Positions 17,468-28,491 of a DNA stretch of 64,000 nucleotides are shown here, in pieces (within the stretch, counting starts at the first letter, position 1; the number at the start of each line of letters is the position of its first letter). Source of the stretch: an uncultured Gammaproteobacteria bacterium (GTDB lineage Bacteria > Patescibacteriota > Patescibacteriia > UBA9934 > GWF2-40-263); the NCBI GenBank assembly GCA_964538435.1, contig CAZIDX010000006.1, forward strand, positions 11,923 through 75,922, read 5' to 3'. The notes below the pieces were generated by a model that worked only from the letters and a program-made list of their open reading frames with translations, was not told where the DNA came from and did no database searches. The position numbers and the translations under genes were made by a program.

Positions 17468-20400
17468 TTAAGATGGCTCCTCGGCTGTTGCGCCGCCGTC
17501 ATCTGTTTGTGGGGGATCGACCTCGTCTAGCTCCGGGCTCTCCGGAGATGCTGGTTCTTCCTGTGCTACAGGCTCAGGCTCGAGAGCTGGCTCTTCTTCT
17601 TGAGCAACAACCTCTTCAACCGGCTCTTCTTGTGGTGGTGCTTCTTCCTCTACAGGTTCTTGGGTTGGTTCTGGATCCTCAACAACTTCTTCAATTGGCT
17701 CTTCAACAATTGGTTCTGGCTCTGGATCCACTGGAGTTGGCTCTGGCTGATCTGCGATCACCTCAGGCTCAACAGGTTCAAATCCCTTTCGGTAGGCTGT
17801 CACCATCCAGTCAAACTCGATGTCGCTTGCACCACCAAAGCTCTTCACAATGAAGTGGTTCTGGTCTTTTTCTGATACGTAGAGTGAGGTTGGTCCGTTT
17901 GGTGTGGCAACAACTCTGATCGGTGCAATTGCAGAGATAACATCGTTATACTCTGGAGCCACGTTTTCAAATCTGACATGTGCCTCTCCGTTTACAAGCG
18001 TTGCTGTTCCCGAGAGCGTAATGATTGCCTCAGGTGAGGTTACTGCGATGGTTTCTACTTTTTCGTTTAAGTGAGAAGTGATCACATTCTTCACAACTGA
18101 CTCTGTCTTGATCGTTCCGTTTGAATCAATTGACCAGAACTCTCCCATTCCTGAAATGTGTCCGATTGAGAAGATTGAATGTGTATTCATTGAAATGTTT
18201 CCACTCATATTGAGTGCAACATAATTTGTGGTTTGTCCTTCTGCGAACCCTGATGCTGCATTGTTTGTTCCTGGAGCTGGGAGTGAACCTGAACCTCCCC
18301 AGTACCCAACGTTTACGTAGGTGAGAACCAGGTTATCATTTTCAGATCCAGTGTATGGCTCAAGCGCGTAACCAACTACAGGCCCGGCTTCCTTTGCTTT
18401 CATTGCCACACCTGGAATTGATGAACTTGTAAGTGGGTCTCCCACGTTCACTGCGCCGTTTTCTAGGTTTACGCGTGTTGGCACGCGTCCGGCAAGTGCA
18501 ATTGGGTAGTTGCCTTCAATATTCTCACCAGCTAGGAACCCTGGCCTTGTTGAGACAATACCTGCTAGGGCATTTGCTGTTGCTGCATCTGATCGCTGCA
18601 CGTACTCTCCGTTTCCTGAGAACATTACGATGTCTCCTGGCTCAAGCTCTTGGCTCGACGGGAACATCTCAGCAAAGTCGTATGAGCCTGTAGACCAACC
18701 CTTTGCGTTTGTGCGCATGAAGTCTCCTGCAGGACCAGATGAACCATCATAATAAATGTACTTGTCTGTCTGAGGTGTTCCACGGTCTGATGGGTAGATG
18801 TTTCCACCCGCAACTATATGATTTGCAATTCGCATGGTTCCCTCATTTGTGATGTAGGCGACCTCTGTGTCTGTTGCATCAGTAATTGAGAGGCGATAGT
18901 TATCCTCGTCTTCAACTACGTTTTGCATCATCATCTCAACAACCTCTGCTTCGGATCCATTCCATGCAGATCCGCGGAATGCGAGACCGTAGGAATCAAA
19001 TGATTCTTCGCTTGCTGTTGCCTCACCTACTGGCGAGATGACCACATTATCTGTCACAAGCGTTGATTCGCCATCTGTTCCAATTATGTCTCCCATGTAC
19101 CAACTATTGTTCACCTGGACCATGACGGTTCCAGAGACATCATCAAAATCCGTGAGCGCCATACCAATCACACGCCCAACCTTGGTTGCCTTCATGGCAT
19201 GCCCAGGAGTAGACGAGGTGGTGAGGTAGTCACCAACTTCGATAGAGCCGTTTTCATTTGTCACCTTCACTGGGACACGCCCAACCAAGGCAACCGGCAT
19301 TGGGTTGTCTTCTTCTTCAATGTTGTACCCAGCTGATGTGAAGTCTCCGTAGTTGTCTGAGACGATTCCTACGATTGGTCCAGTGTATGGCTCAGATGAT
19401 TTGACCATCTTTGCAATCACATCACCGTCCATTGTTGTTACGCTTTCTGTTCCTGGCACGACGATGTCACCATACTCAACACCTTCTTCTACTGGGTATT
19501 GCTCAGCATAGTCAGCTGTTGGAGCTCCAGTACAGTCAAGAAGTGTTGTGTCGTTGGTAACACCAGTTGTGTGACAAACCGCTTCAGTTGCACCAGATGT
19601 TGGGAGGTCAACCACCACATTTCCCTCTACATCAAACGTTCCTGTCATGGTTAGTGAAGCTCCACTTGTTCGCTGCAGTGTGATTGTGTTGTCAGCGTAG
19701 AGTCTGATTTCGTCGTCGGCAGAGAGACCAACGTCTCCTCCATTAAGACCCAGCGTTGGAGCCGTTCCTCCAGATACAGCTGAAATATTTCCTTCTGCAC
19801 CAGCTCCTGTTTTTGATCCCGCTGTCAAAGAAACGCTTCCTCCGGCATTTGCTCCAGTCCCTTGAGCGTCACCTGCAACCACAGACACACCTCCACCAGC
19901 ACCACCATTTCCAGCAGCAAGCCCGTCTCGACCAGTAATATCAACTCCTCCGCCCTGTCGAGCTACTGCTCCGTTTCCTGTTGGTAATCCTCCAAGAAGA
20001 GAAACTTTACCGCCGTCTCCTCCAGTTGTTTGAGAAGCACCTGCTCCTCCAGTAATTGTTGCAGTTCCACCACCGTTTCCTGCACCATCACCTGTCCCTG
20101 CTGTGACAACCACATCACGACCGACGGCGGCAGATGCAGCACCTGCCACAATGTTGAGATGGCTCGCTGCAAATGAACCCAATTCATTTACATTGATTCT
20201 TCCGTACGCCCCCTTGTCATCAATAGACATTAATGGGTTTGCCCCTGAGGAAGAATCTGCAAATGTAATTGTTCCTGTATCTTCGATGGTGATGTTTGCG
20301 GTTGTGTCTTTAAATGCAATCTCACTGTCCCAGCCAGACCCAAAGTTCAGACCAAATGAGTTAATTGTTCCGGCCCCGGATTCCGTGAGCCCACCGATAT

Positions 20401-23400
20401 CAATACCATAGGCTGTATCTGTTCCAGTTGTGTTTGAGAATGTCATTCCCGCAGCACCAATGTTTACTGCCCTGAATGCCGTATCTGTGCCTGTTCCTGC
20501 TACACCTGGAACAATGTGAAGGGCATTTACACTGGCATCGCCACCTACATACGTTAGGTCGATTCCATCAACACCTGCTGTTGCGGTTGGGTTTGCATTG
20601 TTGGTCAGGGTAAGCATGTTACCTGCTGTCATTGCAGCAGATGTATTGAGTTGAACTTGTGAATTTGCATCAATATCAAACACAACATGCCCAGCTCCAC
20701 CTGCTTGGAGCACTAGATTCTCACCAGCAGCAGAGGTGATATCAATGTCTGTGTCTGCGGCACTATCAAAACTGAGAGCTGTGTTGGCGTCTACAAACAC
20801 TGTGTGATTGACACCTGTGGTTGAACCAAAATTCACACTTCCGTTATCTGACACAGTGAATGCTGCAGCACCTGAATCCTGAACAACAAAGTCTCCTGTT
20901 GATTGCAGGTTGATAAGTGTATTTCCGGATGAATTGTTAACAATCGAGAACACCTCAGCGCTGTCTGCGGTAATGCTGGTAGAGGCGTCCATGATCATTG
21001 CGTCTTGGAACTGTGCAAAGTCAAGGCAGTCAATACAGGAGATCGATCCACCTGTGATCGTTCCGGCAATGTCAAGGTTTCCGTCGGCTTCAATTGCATC
21101 TGCTACGTAGAGGTCACCCGCTCCGGTTGCGACTCCTGGTGTGTTTGGTGTGGCATCGTTGTCCACGAACATTGGTGAGCCGTAGAAGTAACCTGAGTAG
21201 TTATTTGTTCCACCTGAGGCTGTTCCAGCAACTCCGTATCGGTTTGTTCCGTCGCCAATGTTTTGGAAGAATCCTCCAAAACCGTTTGTGATATTTCCAC
21301 TTCCAACATCGATCGTACCTTCAACACCAAAAGCGTTGGTGATTGTTCCACCTGAGACTGTTGAGTCAACAACACCTCGGACACCTGCGACACTTGGCGC
21401 GGTTTGAGAATTTGACATGTACCTTCCAAGACCATAAACACCTGTAACCTCTGCTGGTCCAGCAGCCGTGTTGTTGCTAAATGGTGTGATGCCAGCCAGA
21501 CCACGCGCTCGGTATGTGCTTGCTGATTGATCAACTTCGGTATTTAGCTGGAAGTAACCGCCGTAATGATTTGTGTTTGCGCCGATGGATCCACTTGGAC
21601 TAGCACCTGCATCAATCACTGTTGCTCCTGAGGTCCCAGAGATGTCAGTGAGGCTCTTAAAGTACCCAACTTTAAGCCCTCCACCATCCATGTCGTAGTA
21701 GTCTCCAGTGTTAAAGGTGATGGTTCCTGTTTCTCCGTTTGATGCATACATATCGATCGATGCACTTGTTGTAGCTGCATCACCGATTCGAATCTTGTTT
21801 GCTGACTCGTCAACTGAGAATGCAGAGACCAAAGTTGCTGCATTACCCACTGAGAAGTCATCACCTGTGTTTGTTGCAACAATTCCAGAAGATGATTCAA
21901 GTGTGAGGGCTCCACCAGATGCAGACCCAATTGTCAGTGCTCCTACACCTTGAATCACATCGTCGTTGACTGTAAGTGTTCCACTTGAATCAAGAGTGAG
22001 CGCATCTGCGCCATCACCAATCGTTGTTGCTTGATCAAACGTCAAATTACCTCCATCAATATCTAGAAGGAGATCTGCTGTCGTTTGAATTTCTCCGTCC
22101 ATGTAATTGGTGGAGAACGCGCCGGCTGTGAATCCGATATCTGAGAAGACTTCACCGTCTGCTTCGATGCGGAAGACATTGTTTCCTGCTCCACCATAGT
22201 CTGTTTGGATGTTTACAATGTCTGCTGTCTCAGTCGTCTCTGTGACGTCAATTGAGAGAGCGAGCCCTGTGTCGTCTGTGAAGTTTCCTCCGAGAAGGTT
22301 GAGGATTGTTCCTGTAGTAGTTGTGGCGCCATCTAGACTGAATACAGATTGTGAGGTTGACTCTGAATCGATGCTTAGCGCTGTCCCGTTTCCATCTTGA
22401 TCGATTGTCACTCCGATTCCTGTACCTGTGTTTAGGTGACGCACCAAATCCTCAGTGTACAAACCATAGTCCCAGGCTGTGCCTGTTTGGTATAGGGCGT
22501 ATTCCTTTCCATCTGCCTGATTTGCACCTCCGAGGTTGTTGATCAGAATTCCGTAAATGTCATCATCTGTTCCGGCATCAGTTGCGTTGTTTGTTACGTT
22601 GATATCGAGCGCTCTTCGAACATCAGCAGCTCCATCGTCGGCATACTGAGAGAAGACAGAGGTGATTGTCGTTGCTGATGCATTTCCAGCGTTCGTTGTT
22701 GCTGAGGTGTAATCAATATCAACCATTGGCACTGTTCCTGTGGCAGTGTTGTTTTGAATCCACATGATTTCACTTCCTCCAAGCTGGTGGAAGGTCTCAT
22801 CATTAAACGTAACACCTCCTGCTAAGTAGATGTCTTGGTAGGCTGCGCTGCTGTCTGTTGTGATAAACAACTGATCCACTGAGGAACCACCGAGCGTGGC
22901 GCTTGTTCCTGTTGAACCAAGAAGGAGCTGGCCTCCTGCAACGGGATCGATGTCAATGTTTCCCGTTGAAGTGATGTTACCTCCGTTGAGCGCTAAGTCT
23001 CCTGCTGTTGTAATGTTTCCGGTTGCTGGAGCAACTGAGTAATTTGCTCCCCCAACTGTAAGCGCAGCACCTGTGATATCGAGTCCGTTTGTTGCATCAA
23101 GATTTCCATCAAATGTTGCTTGTCCGGTTGAACCGAAGTTTAGCTGTCCTGTTCCTGAGGTTGAGAGGTTGTATGCCCCGAGATTGATGCTTGTAGAAGC
23201 ATCGAGAGCGAGCGTGTCTGAGAAACTGTCGAAGTCGAGGCAGTCTGTGCAGGAGATTCCTGACAGATTTGCTGTGCCGTTGACTGTTAGGTCTCCTGTG
23301 ATGGTCAAATCACCTGTTGTCCCAGCGTCTGCAAGTGTCATCAAGGTGTTTGTTCCATCATTGAACGCAATAGACCCTCCGCCAGCTACTTGAATATTTG

Positions 23401-25006
23401 TTGTTGTGTCATCAAGTAAAAGATTTGCATCCCATCCACTTCCAATCCTAAGTCCTGTTTCTGTCACTGTCCCATCAGGGCTTGTTAGGTTTGCGATATT
23501 TATTCCTCGAAGTGTGTCTGGGTCACCTGTGGCTGCTGATGTCACGTTCACATCTAGCGCTGACACTGTGTCTGTGTTTGAGTTGTTGCCAAGCGTGAAG
23601 GCAAGGTTCTGACCATTTGCTTCTGAGGAAGTTGTTGTTAGTGAAAACGTATTCGTTGATGCGCTTGAATTTGTAATGGAGAGATTCTCAGATCCAGCGA
23701 GACTTAGATCTACATCAGTGTTGAAGGTTGCGGCACCGTCAAACTGAGCGGTACTAGAAGCAACCAATGCCCCATTTATGGACACTTGACCTGTCCCGGT
23801 TGAGAGCGTTCCTGATCCGGTTTGTGAGAAACTTCCATCCATTGTGATCCCACCAATTCCAGTGAGGTCACCAGTTGCGGAAATATCCCAATCTGAGGAA
23901 TTAACAGAAAGAACATTGGAACCACCACCAATGACTGTTGTTTGCCCGAACGTCAAATCTCCGCCTGCAATCGTAAGAAGCAGATCTGTCGTTCCGGTTG
24001 AGGTGATGGTTCCGTTTCCATAGGTTGTTCCACTACCGACCGTGAGACCACCGTCGGTGTAGATCACACCTTCTACACCAGCATCACCAGCAACGAAGAG
24101 ATCGTCGCCCCCGAGAGTGAAGCTTGAGTGTGCAAGTGTTTCTGTAGATGAGGTCGATGCTCCGACTACAACATCGGTAGCAAAGAAACTATCTGCAAGC
24201 ACTTCGAGTTCGTCAGCGATACTGAGGTCTCCGACGCTTTCTGTTGCGTATGTTAGAGCCCCGTTTGCACCAATACGTACAGCATAATCATCTTCAAAGA
24301 CACGAGTGCTCACTTCCCATTCACTGCTTGTGATATCGGAAGTGAATGCAACTGTCCCTGATCCATCTTGGAATGTGATTGTGTTTGCACCTGATGGATC
24401 TGTAATTGCGAACGTTGTTGTGTTCCCGTCGTTAGATGCACCTTCAAACACAATTGGAGATGCGCCAGTAAGTTCTGCGCCGGTGAGGTTGTAGTCTCCA
24501 GTACCTGTGTCGCCAGTTGCTGAGAGGAATCCTGTGGAGTCGATTCCGTCTAGTCTTTGGGCGTTAAGGGCATATGGAGCAGAAGTGAGTTGTTTTCGTG
24601 GGGAAAGCGTTTCACTTCCGATTACAACCTCAAGGAACATGCTGGTGTTATCACCAAACACAGAATCCGCGATAGCTGCATATGAATCACCGGTGTCACC
24701 CAGGTTTTCTGTGTAGAGACCTGAGGTGAGCGTGATGCTCTTTGCAACAACTGAAGCTGGGGTATTTGTGTGACAATCGGCCGAATCATTTGACCAGACA
24801 CAGGTTCCCCCTGTCAGCGCGTCGTAGAGCATGAACTTCATGCTTAATGATGTATCCGATACAGGAACACCGTTTGAGTTGAGAACACGCCCTTGATATG
24901 TGAGGATGTTCGGAGGTGCGGCCGCATGAGCAACCCCAACAATCATCAACATCAATGATGCGATGAGTGTGGCTGCTATGCGCTTGTATCCCCGAACGTG
25001 ATACAT
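17468..25006 (-). CDS. Giant secreted surface/fibre-like protein (2512 aa)
   Basis: Signal peptide, N-terminal ILTYQGRV..G.P / LSPRKQLTSAPYALNA module, G/T/S/A-rich beta repeats, two C-terminal (A/Y)D(Y/F)AE...P(V/I)AL.GRVP..V...GD.LT.S..PG.AMKA domains, and an acidic P/E tail. Confidence 0.85.
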   Translation of the reverse strand: MYHVRGYKRIAATLIASLMLMIVGVAHAAAPPNILTYQGRVLNSNGVPVSDTSLSMKFMLYDALTGGTCVWSNDSADCHTNTPASVVAKSITLTSGLYTENLGDTGDSYAAIADSVFGDNTSMFLEVVIGSETLSPRKQLTSAPYALNAQRLDGIDSTGFLSATGDTGTGDYNLTGAELTGASPIVFEGASNDGNTTTFAITDPSGANTITFQDGSGTVAFTSDITSSEWEVSTRVFEDDYAVRIGANGALTYATESVGDLSIADELEVLADSFFATDVVVGASTSSTETLAHSSFTLGGDDLFVAGDAGVEGVIYTDGGLTVGSGTTYGNGTITSTGTTDLLLTIAGGDLTFGQTTVIGGGSNVLSVNSSDWDISATGDLTGIGGITMDGSFSQTGSGTLSTGTGQVSINGALVASSTAQFDGAATFNTDVDLSLAGSENLSITNSSASTNTFSLTTTSSEANGQNLAFTLGNNSNTDTVSALDVNVTSAATGDPDTLRGINIANLTSPDGTVTETGLRIGSGWDANLLLDDTTTNIQVAGGGSIAFNDGTNTLMTLADAGTTGDLTITGDLTVNGTANLSGISCTDCLDFDSFSDTLALDASTSINLGAYNLSTSGTGQLNFGSTGQATFDGNLDATNGLDITGAALTVGGANYSVAPATGNITTAGDLALNGGNITSTGNIDIDPVAGGQLLLGSTGTSATLGGSSVDQLFITTDSSAAYQDIYLAGGVTFNDETFHQLGGSEIMWIQNNTATGTVPMVDIDYTSATTNAGNASATTITSVFSQYADDGAADVRRALDINVTNNATDAGTDDDIYGILINNLGGANQADGKEYALYQTGTAWDYGLYTEDLVRHLNTGTGIGVTIDQDGNGTALSIDSESTSQSVFSLDGATTTTGTILNLLGGNFTDDTGLALSIDVTETTETADIVNIQTDYGGAGNNVFRIEADGEVFSDIGFTAGAFSTNYMDGEIQTTADLLLDIDGGNLTFDQATTIGDGADALTLDSSGTLTVNDDVIQGVGALTIGSASGGALTLESSSGIVATNTGDDFSVGNAATLVSAFSVDESANKIRIGDAATTSASIDMYASNGETGTITFNTGDYYDMDGGGLKVGYFKSLTDISGTSGATVIDAGASPSGSIGANTNHYGGYFQLNTEVDQSASTYRARGLAGITPFSNNTAAGPAEVTGVYGLGRYMSNSQTAPSVAGVRGVVDSTVSGGTITNAFGVEGTIDVGSGNITNGFGGFFQNIGDGTNRYGVAGTASGGTNNYSGYFYGSPMFVDNDATPNTPGVATGAGDLYVADAIEADGNLDIAGTITGGSISCIDCLDFAQFQDAMIMDASTSITADSAEVFSIVNNSSGNTLINLQSTGDFVVQDSGAAAFTVSDNGSVNFGSTTGVNHTVFVDANTALSFDSAADTDIDITSAAGENLVLQAGGAGHVVFDIDANSQVQLNTSAAMTAGNMLTLTNNANPTATAGVDGIDLTYVGGDASVNALHIVPGVAGTGTDTAFRAVNIGAAGMTFSNTTGTDTAYGIDIGGLTESGAGTINSFGLNFGSGWDSEIAFKDTTANITIEDTGTITFADSSSGANPLMSIDDKGAYGRINVNELGSFAASHLNIVAGAASAAVGRDVVVTAGTGDGAGNGGGTATITGGAGASQTTGGDGGKVSLLGGLPTGNGAVARQGGGVDITGRDGLAAGNGGAGGGVSVVAGDAQGTGANAGGSVSLTAGSKTGAGAEGNISAVSGGTAPTLGLNGGDVGLSADDEIRLYADNTITLQRTSGASLTMTGTFDVEGNVVVDLPTSGATEAVCHTTGVTNDTTLLDCTGAPTADYAEQYPVEEGVEYGDIVVPGTESVTTMDGDVIAKMVKSSEPYTGPIVGIVSDNYGDFTSAGYNIEEEDNPMPVALVGRVPVKVTNENGSIEVGDYLTTSSTPGHAMKATKVGRVIGMALTDFDDVSGTVMVQVNNSWYMGDIIGTDGESTLVTDNVVISPVGEATASEESFDSYGLAFRGSAWNGSEAEVVEMMMQNVVEDEDNYRLSITDATDTEVAYITNEGTMRIANHIVAGGNIYPSDRGTPQTDKYIYYDGSSGPAGDFMRTNAKGWSTGSYDFAEMFPSSQELEPGDIVMFSGNGEYVQRSDAATANALAGIVSTRPGFLAGENIEGNYPIALAGRVPTRVNLENGAVNVGDPLTSSSIPGVAMKAKEAGPVVGYALEPYTGSENDNLVLTYVNVGYWGGSGSLPAPGTNNAASGFAEGQTTNYVALNMSGNISMNTHSIFSIGHISGMGEFWSIDSNGTIKTESVVKNVITSHLNEKVETIAVTSPEAIITLSGTATLVNGEAHVRFENVAPEYNDVISAIAPIRVVATPNGPTSLYVSEKDQNHFIVKSFGGASDIEFDWMVTAYRKGFEPVEPEVIADQPEPTPVDPEPEPIVEEPIEEVVEDPEPTQEPVEEEAPPQEEPVEEVVAQEEEPALEPEPVAQEEPASPESPELDEVDPPQTDDGGATAEEPS

Positions 25007-25009
25007 ATC

Positions 25010-28000
25010 TTATTGGTTTGCATTTGGGTCAAGCCCGATATCCTCAGAGAAGTTTTGTGCTTCTGTGGTCTGAGTGAAATCGATTGGCCTGATTTCTTTT
25101 GGATTGAACCCGTTTCGCTCGAACACAGCGAAGTACTGATTTGGTCCGAGCATGAAGGCATATCTTCCTTTACTATCCGTCACCTGTGTTTCAAGAAGCT
25201 TGTTGTAGGTAGGCTCAAAGATTCGCGCGACCACTCGTGAGAGCGGGCGTCCGGTCTGAGAGTCATATACAATGCCCCAACTTATTGGTTTGCGTGGTTT
25301 GGCCAATCGTCGCGCGAGCAGGTAAACGACAACCTGCACAGCGATCATTGCAATCGAGAGCGGTGTTGGACGAATTATGGCAAACACTACAGCTGCAATT
25401 ACACCCAGCATTGCAACTACATGTTGGAACACACGAAGGCGTGCGCGCCACATGATTGATGATGGAGCGTGGAACTTCTCGGTTTGTGACGGATCCATTG
25501 GAATGTTTGCGGTGATAACCGCATCATCCTGCGTGACCTCGATCGTGTGACCGTGGTAGAGATCAAGCATGTTTCCATCTGTTGGCTGACCTTGGAGGTA
25601 CGCAGATGGGAAGTCGTACCCCGCCTTTGAGACAGCGATGTAGTACCTACCTGGTTTTGCCAGGAAAAAATACCGCCCCGCTTTGTCTGTTACGCGACTC
25701 TTTACGAGTCGGCCTGGAAGGTTCTGAGCCTCAGCCTCTGGCGTAAGCTCGAACAATCGCACGACCGCAAGATCAATTGGAGTCTTGCTGATCGCGTTAT
25801 AGACAACTCCGAATCCCTTTCGCTTACGGCGCCAGAAAAAGAGAATTGGCGCAGTGAAAAGATATTGAAGGAATGGGAGAAAGTCGAAGGCGATTGCCAT
25901 CACCACTGTGCTAGCACCTGCTGTTACAACAAGTGCTGGGACAGAGACTTCTGCCGCCTCTTCGACACCTGGAAGTTCACGAATCGTTTCCAGGGTTTCT
26001 TCTACGACTTCACCGACAGGATTATCAAGGATGGCCTCAATAATCGTTTCCGGCTCTTTGTCTGTAGAAACTTGCTCTTGAGCGTCAGGCTCAGATTCTT
26101 GTGTGTCATCGATGAGGACATCCTCTTCCTCTTCTTCATCTTGAGGAGTCATCTCAATGGACGGATTCACGATCCAGTTGGTGATCGTTAGAGACCCGAC
26201 CTTGGTCTCATTGAACCCATCGATCTGCGCCTGTAGTTCGTACGTCCCGTTTTGCACATACCATGCGAATGTACCTGCGGGAGGTGTCTGGATTGGGTTG
26301 AGTTGACTGTATGGGGATCCATCCCATACAACAAACTCACCGTCGATCTGCTCGGAGAGCGTCACAGTCACACCTGGAAGAGGCGCTTCTTCACCATCGA
26401 TGTCCTGGTAAACAATCCCGTCGGATTTTACACGCAGGAGTGAAGAAACATTTTCTTCAGAGTCGTCTGCGTACGTCACCTCGATGGATACGAGGTACGT
26501 AGCAACGCTATCAGGAGTTGTGACTTGTGCTGAATAAAGAACGCTTGTCTCATCTAGAGACATTAGGTACTGGTCTGAGCCGATTTTGAGCGTGACGTTT
26601 TCAATGTCATCACTCAGCTCTGATACGGGAATCTCGATTCTCAGTGTGCTTGTGGGAAGCACATCAACAACGCCTGAGTCGTTGATCTCGAGTTCGATTT
26701 CGCCGCCTGCTACTAGGAAGCCCATGTCTTGTACGTCGAGGTCTCCAGATTCCGCACCCATGGAATCAGGATCACTGACAGAACAATCTGCTGGACAGGA
26801 GTATTCAGATTCCGACTCGGCACAAATGCCGTCTCCGCAGACAACCGCCTCGTCTGCATCGTCGTCGTCCTCTTCGCCGCCCCCACCATCATCTGGTGGA
26901 GTGGCATCGTCTCCTTCTTCCCCGCCACCACCGTCATCACCCTCTTCACCTCCTGCATCTTGATCCTCTCCGTCATCTGGAGGATCTTCCTCATCATCGG
27001 GTGGCTCTTCAACTGGAGCACTTGGTGTGCCTGTACCAAGAGCGCCAGATGCAAACTGCCCGATCTCGTCGTAAACAAATACGCCGAGGTAGTATGTGAC
27101 ATCGTTAGTGAGTCCGTTGAGCGTGGCTGTTTCAGCCAGAGAATCGAATGCTTCTACACAATCTTCATCGTCTGGTCCTGAAGGATGCTCGTCCTCGCAA
27201 TAGAGAATAAGAACGCCAGCCAGGTCATCTTCGTCTGGGTTTGTCCATGTAAGAACCAACTCTTGATCTCCCTCTTCAACCGCGAGGTCTGAAACATTTG
27301 TTGGTGCTTCGTCTGCAATCGTTGAAAAGGTGTAGTCATCTGAGTATGTCTCGTTTCCTAGCTCGTCGATTGATCGAATCTGATAGTGATATTCGGTTTC
27401 TGCTGCAAGACCAGACAATAGAATAGAGTGAGCTATTACGTACTCACTGTCTGACTCAGAAGACCCATAGCTCTCTGTCTCTCCATATGAGACTAAGCTG
27501 TCAGCGTCTTCGTCTGTATCCCAAGTGATGGTCGCTGTGTAGGCTGTGATATCGATAACCTCGATGCCAGAAATGACAGGCCCTGTTCCATCTAGGGTTG
27601 TAAACGAATAGGTTGGGGATGAAGACTCATTTGCGTTTCCATCTGCGGAGCGTGCTCGGATGTAATATGTGGTGCTTCCGGTTAGCCCTGTGAGCGTCAT
27701 GCTGTGAGACGTGACTAAGGATGCGTCATATTCAGTTCCAAGCTCGAAGTAGACTGTGAGCCCGTAATCAACCGCTGTTGTTGCACCTTCATTTGTTGTC
27801 CAAGTAACAGTCGCTGTTGTGGCTGTGATACTTGAGACAACCACATCTGTTATGTATGGAGGGGATGTGTCGGTTTCAGACCCTGGATCTGGAGTTAGGT
27901 CTGGGACCGTTGCTGTAACAGCAACTGAATCGTCGCTTCCGATTGGAAGTGCGATCGATCCAGTGTCACCAAACGTGCCAGCAATGGACAGAAAGTATGT

Positions 28001-28474
28001 TCCTGCGCTGGTCGGATTGGTGATTTGATTTGAACCTGTTCCTGAAGCCGTAGCATTTGTTCCAATCTCGACCTCAACTACGCTTGTTGCCGCAATTGCA
28101 CCTCCGTCCCCTGCACAAACCTCTAGCGTTACAACGTCTGATGCAATTGAGATGGCAACCTGCTCAGACCCGGAGCAATCAGCTGCGGTTGTGAGCTCAG
28201 TATCATCGTCTTCTACATCAATATCGTCCTCTACGAGAGACGACGTATCGAAATCAGAGGCAAATGTGAGCGTAACTGTTTCTCCTTCTGCCACTCCTGA
28301 TGGAGTTGTAAAGACCACGTGGTGATTTGCAGATTCCCCAGCCTGAAGCGTGCTTGGGTAATCATTTGCAGTTGTCACCGTTGCTGCATGCACAATTGAA
28401 GCAGCCACAACAGCCGTTGTGATAAGCACAACGATCGATAGGCTTCTCCAAATGGATGACATTGAACACACCAC
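25010..28474 (-). CDS. Membrane-anchored surface protein with fibronectin type III and carboxypeptidase-regulatory-like domains
   Basis: ATVTWTT.E...V.YG....Y / H...L.GL...T.YY repeats, Asp/Gly linker, CGDGIC motif, TM segments, G.VY.S...P....VR.F and TD..GRY.F domains. Confidence 0.85.
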   Translation of the reverse strand: MVCSMSSIWRSLSIVVLITTAVVAASIVHAATVTTANDYPSTLQAGESANHHVVFTTPSGVAEGETVTLTFASDFDTSSLVEDDIDVEDDDTELTTAADCSGSEQVAISIASDVVTLEVCAGDGGAIAATSVVEVEIGTNATASGTGSNQITNPTSAGTYFLSIAGTFGDTGSIALPIGSDDSVAVTATVPDLTPDPGSETDTSPPYITDVVVSSITATTATVTWTTNEGATTAVDYGLTVYFELGTEYDASLVTSHSMTLTGLTGSTTYYIRARSADGNANESSSPTYSFTTLDGTGPVISGIEVIDITAYTATITWDTDEDADSLVSYGETESYGSSESDSEYVIAHSILLSGLAAETEYHYQIRSIDELGNETYSDDYTFSTIADEAPTNVSDLAVEEGDQELVLTWTNPDEDDLAGVLILYCEDEHPSGPDDEDCVEAFDSLAETATLNGLTNDVTYYLGVFVYDEIGQFASGALGTGTPSAPVEEPPDDEEDPPDDGEDQDAGGEEGDDGGGGEEGDDATPPDDGGGGEEDDDDADEAVVCGDGICAESESEYSCPADCSVSDPDSMGAESGDLDVQDMGFLVAGGEIELEINDSGVVDVLPTSTLRIEIPVSELSDDIENVTLKIGSDQYLMSLDETSVLYSAQVTTPDSVATYLVSIEVTYADDSEENVSSLLRVKSDGIVYQDIDGEEAPLPGVTVTLSEQIDGEFVVWDGSPYSQLNPIQTPPAGTFAWYVQNGTYELQAQIDGFNETKVGSLTITNWIVNPSIEMTPQDEEEEEDVLIDDTQESEPDAQEQVSTDKEPETIIEAILDNPVGEVVEETLETIRELPGVEEAAEVSVPALVVTAGASTVVMAIAFDFLPFLQYLFTAPILFFWRRKRKGFGVVYNAISKTPIDLAVVRLFELTPEAEAQNLPGRLVKSRVTDKAGRYFFLAKPGRYYIAVSKAGYDFPSAYLQGQPTDGNMLDLYHGHTIEVTQDDAVITANIPMDPSQTEKFHAPSSIMWRARLRVFQHVVAMLGVIAAVVFAIIRPTPLSIAMIAVQVVVYLLARRLAKPRKPISWGIVYDSQTGRPLSRVVARIFEPTYNKLLETQVTDSKGRYAFMLGPNQYFAVFERNGFNPKEIRPIDFTQTTEAQNFSEDIGLDPNANQ

Positions 28475-28491
28475 ACATTAATAAGGAATAG

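Noticed and set aside
26860-27010. Asp/Glu/Gly repeats as a DNA repeat element
   Set aside because: This is an in-frame low-complexity linker within the FN3 surface protein.
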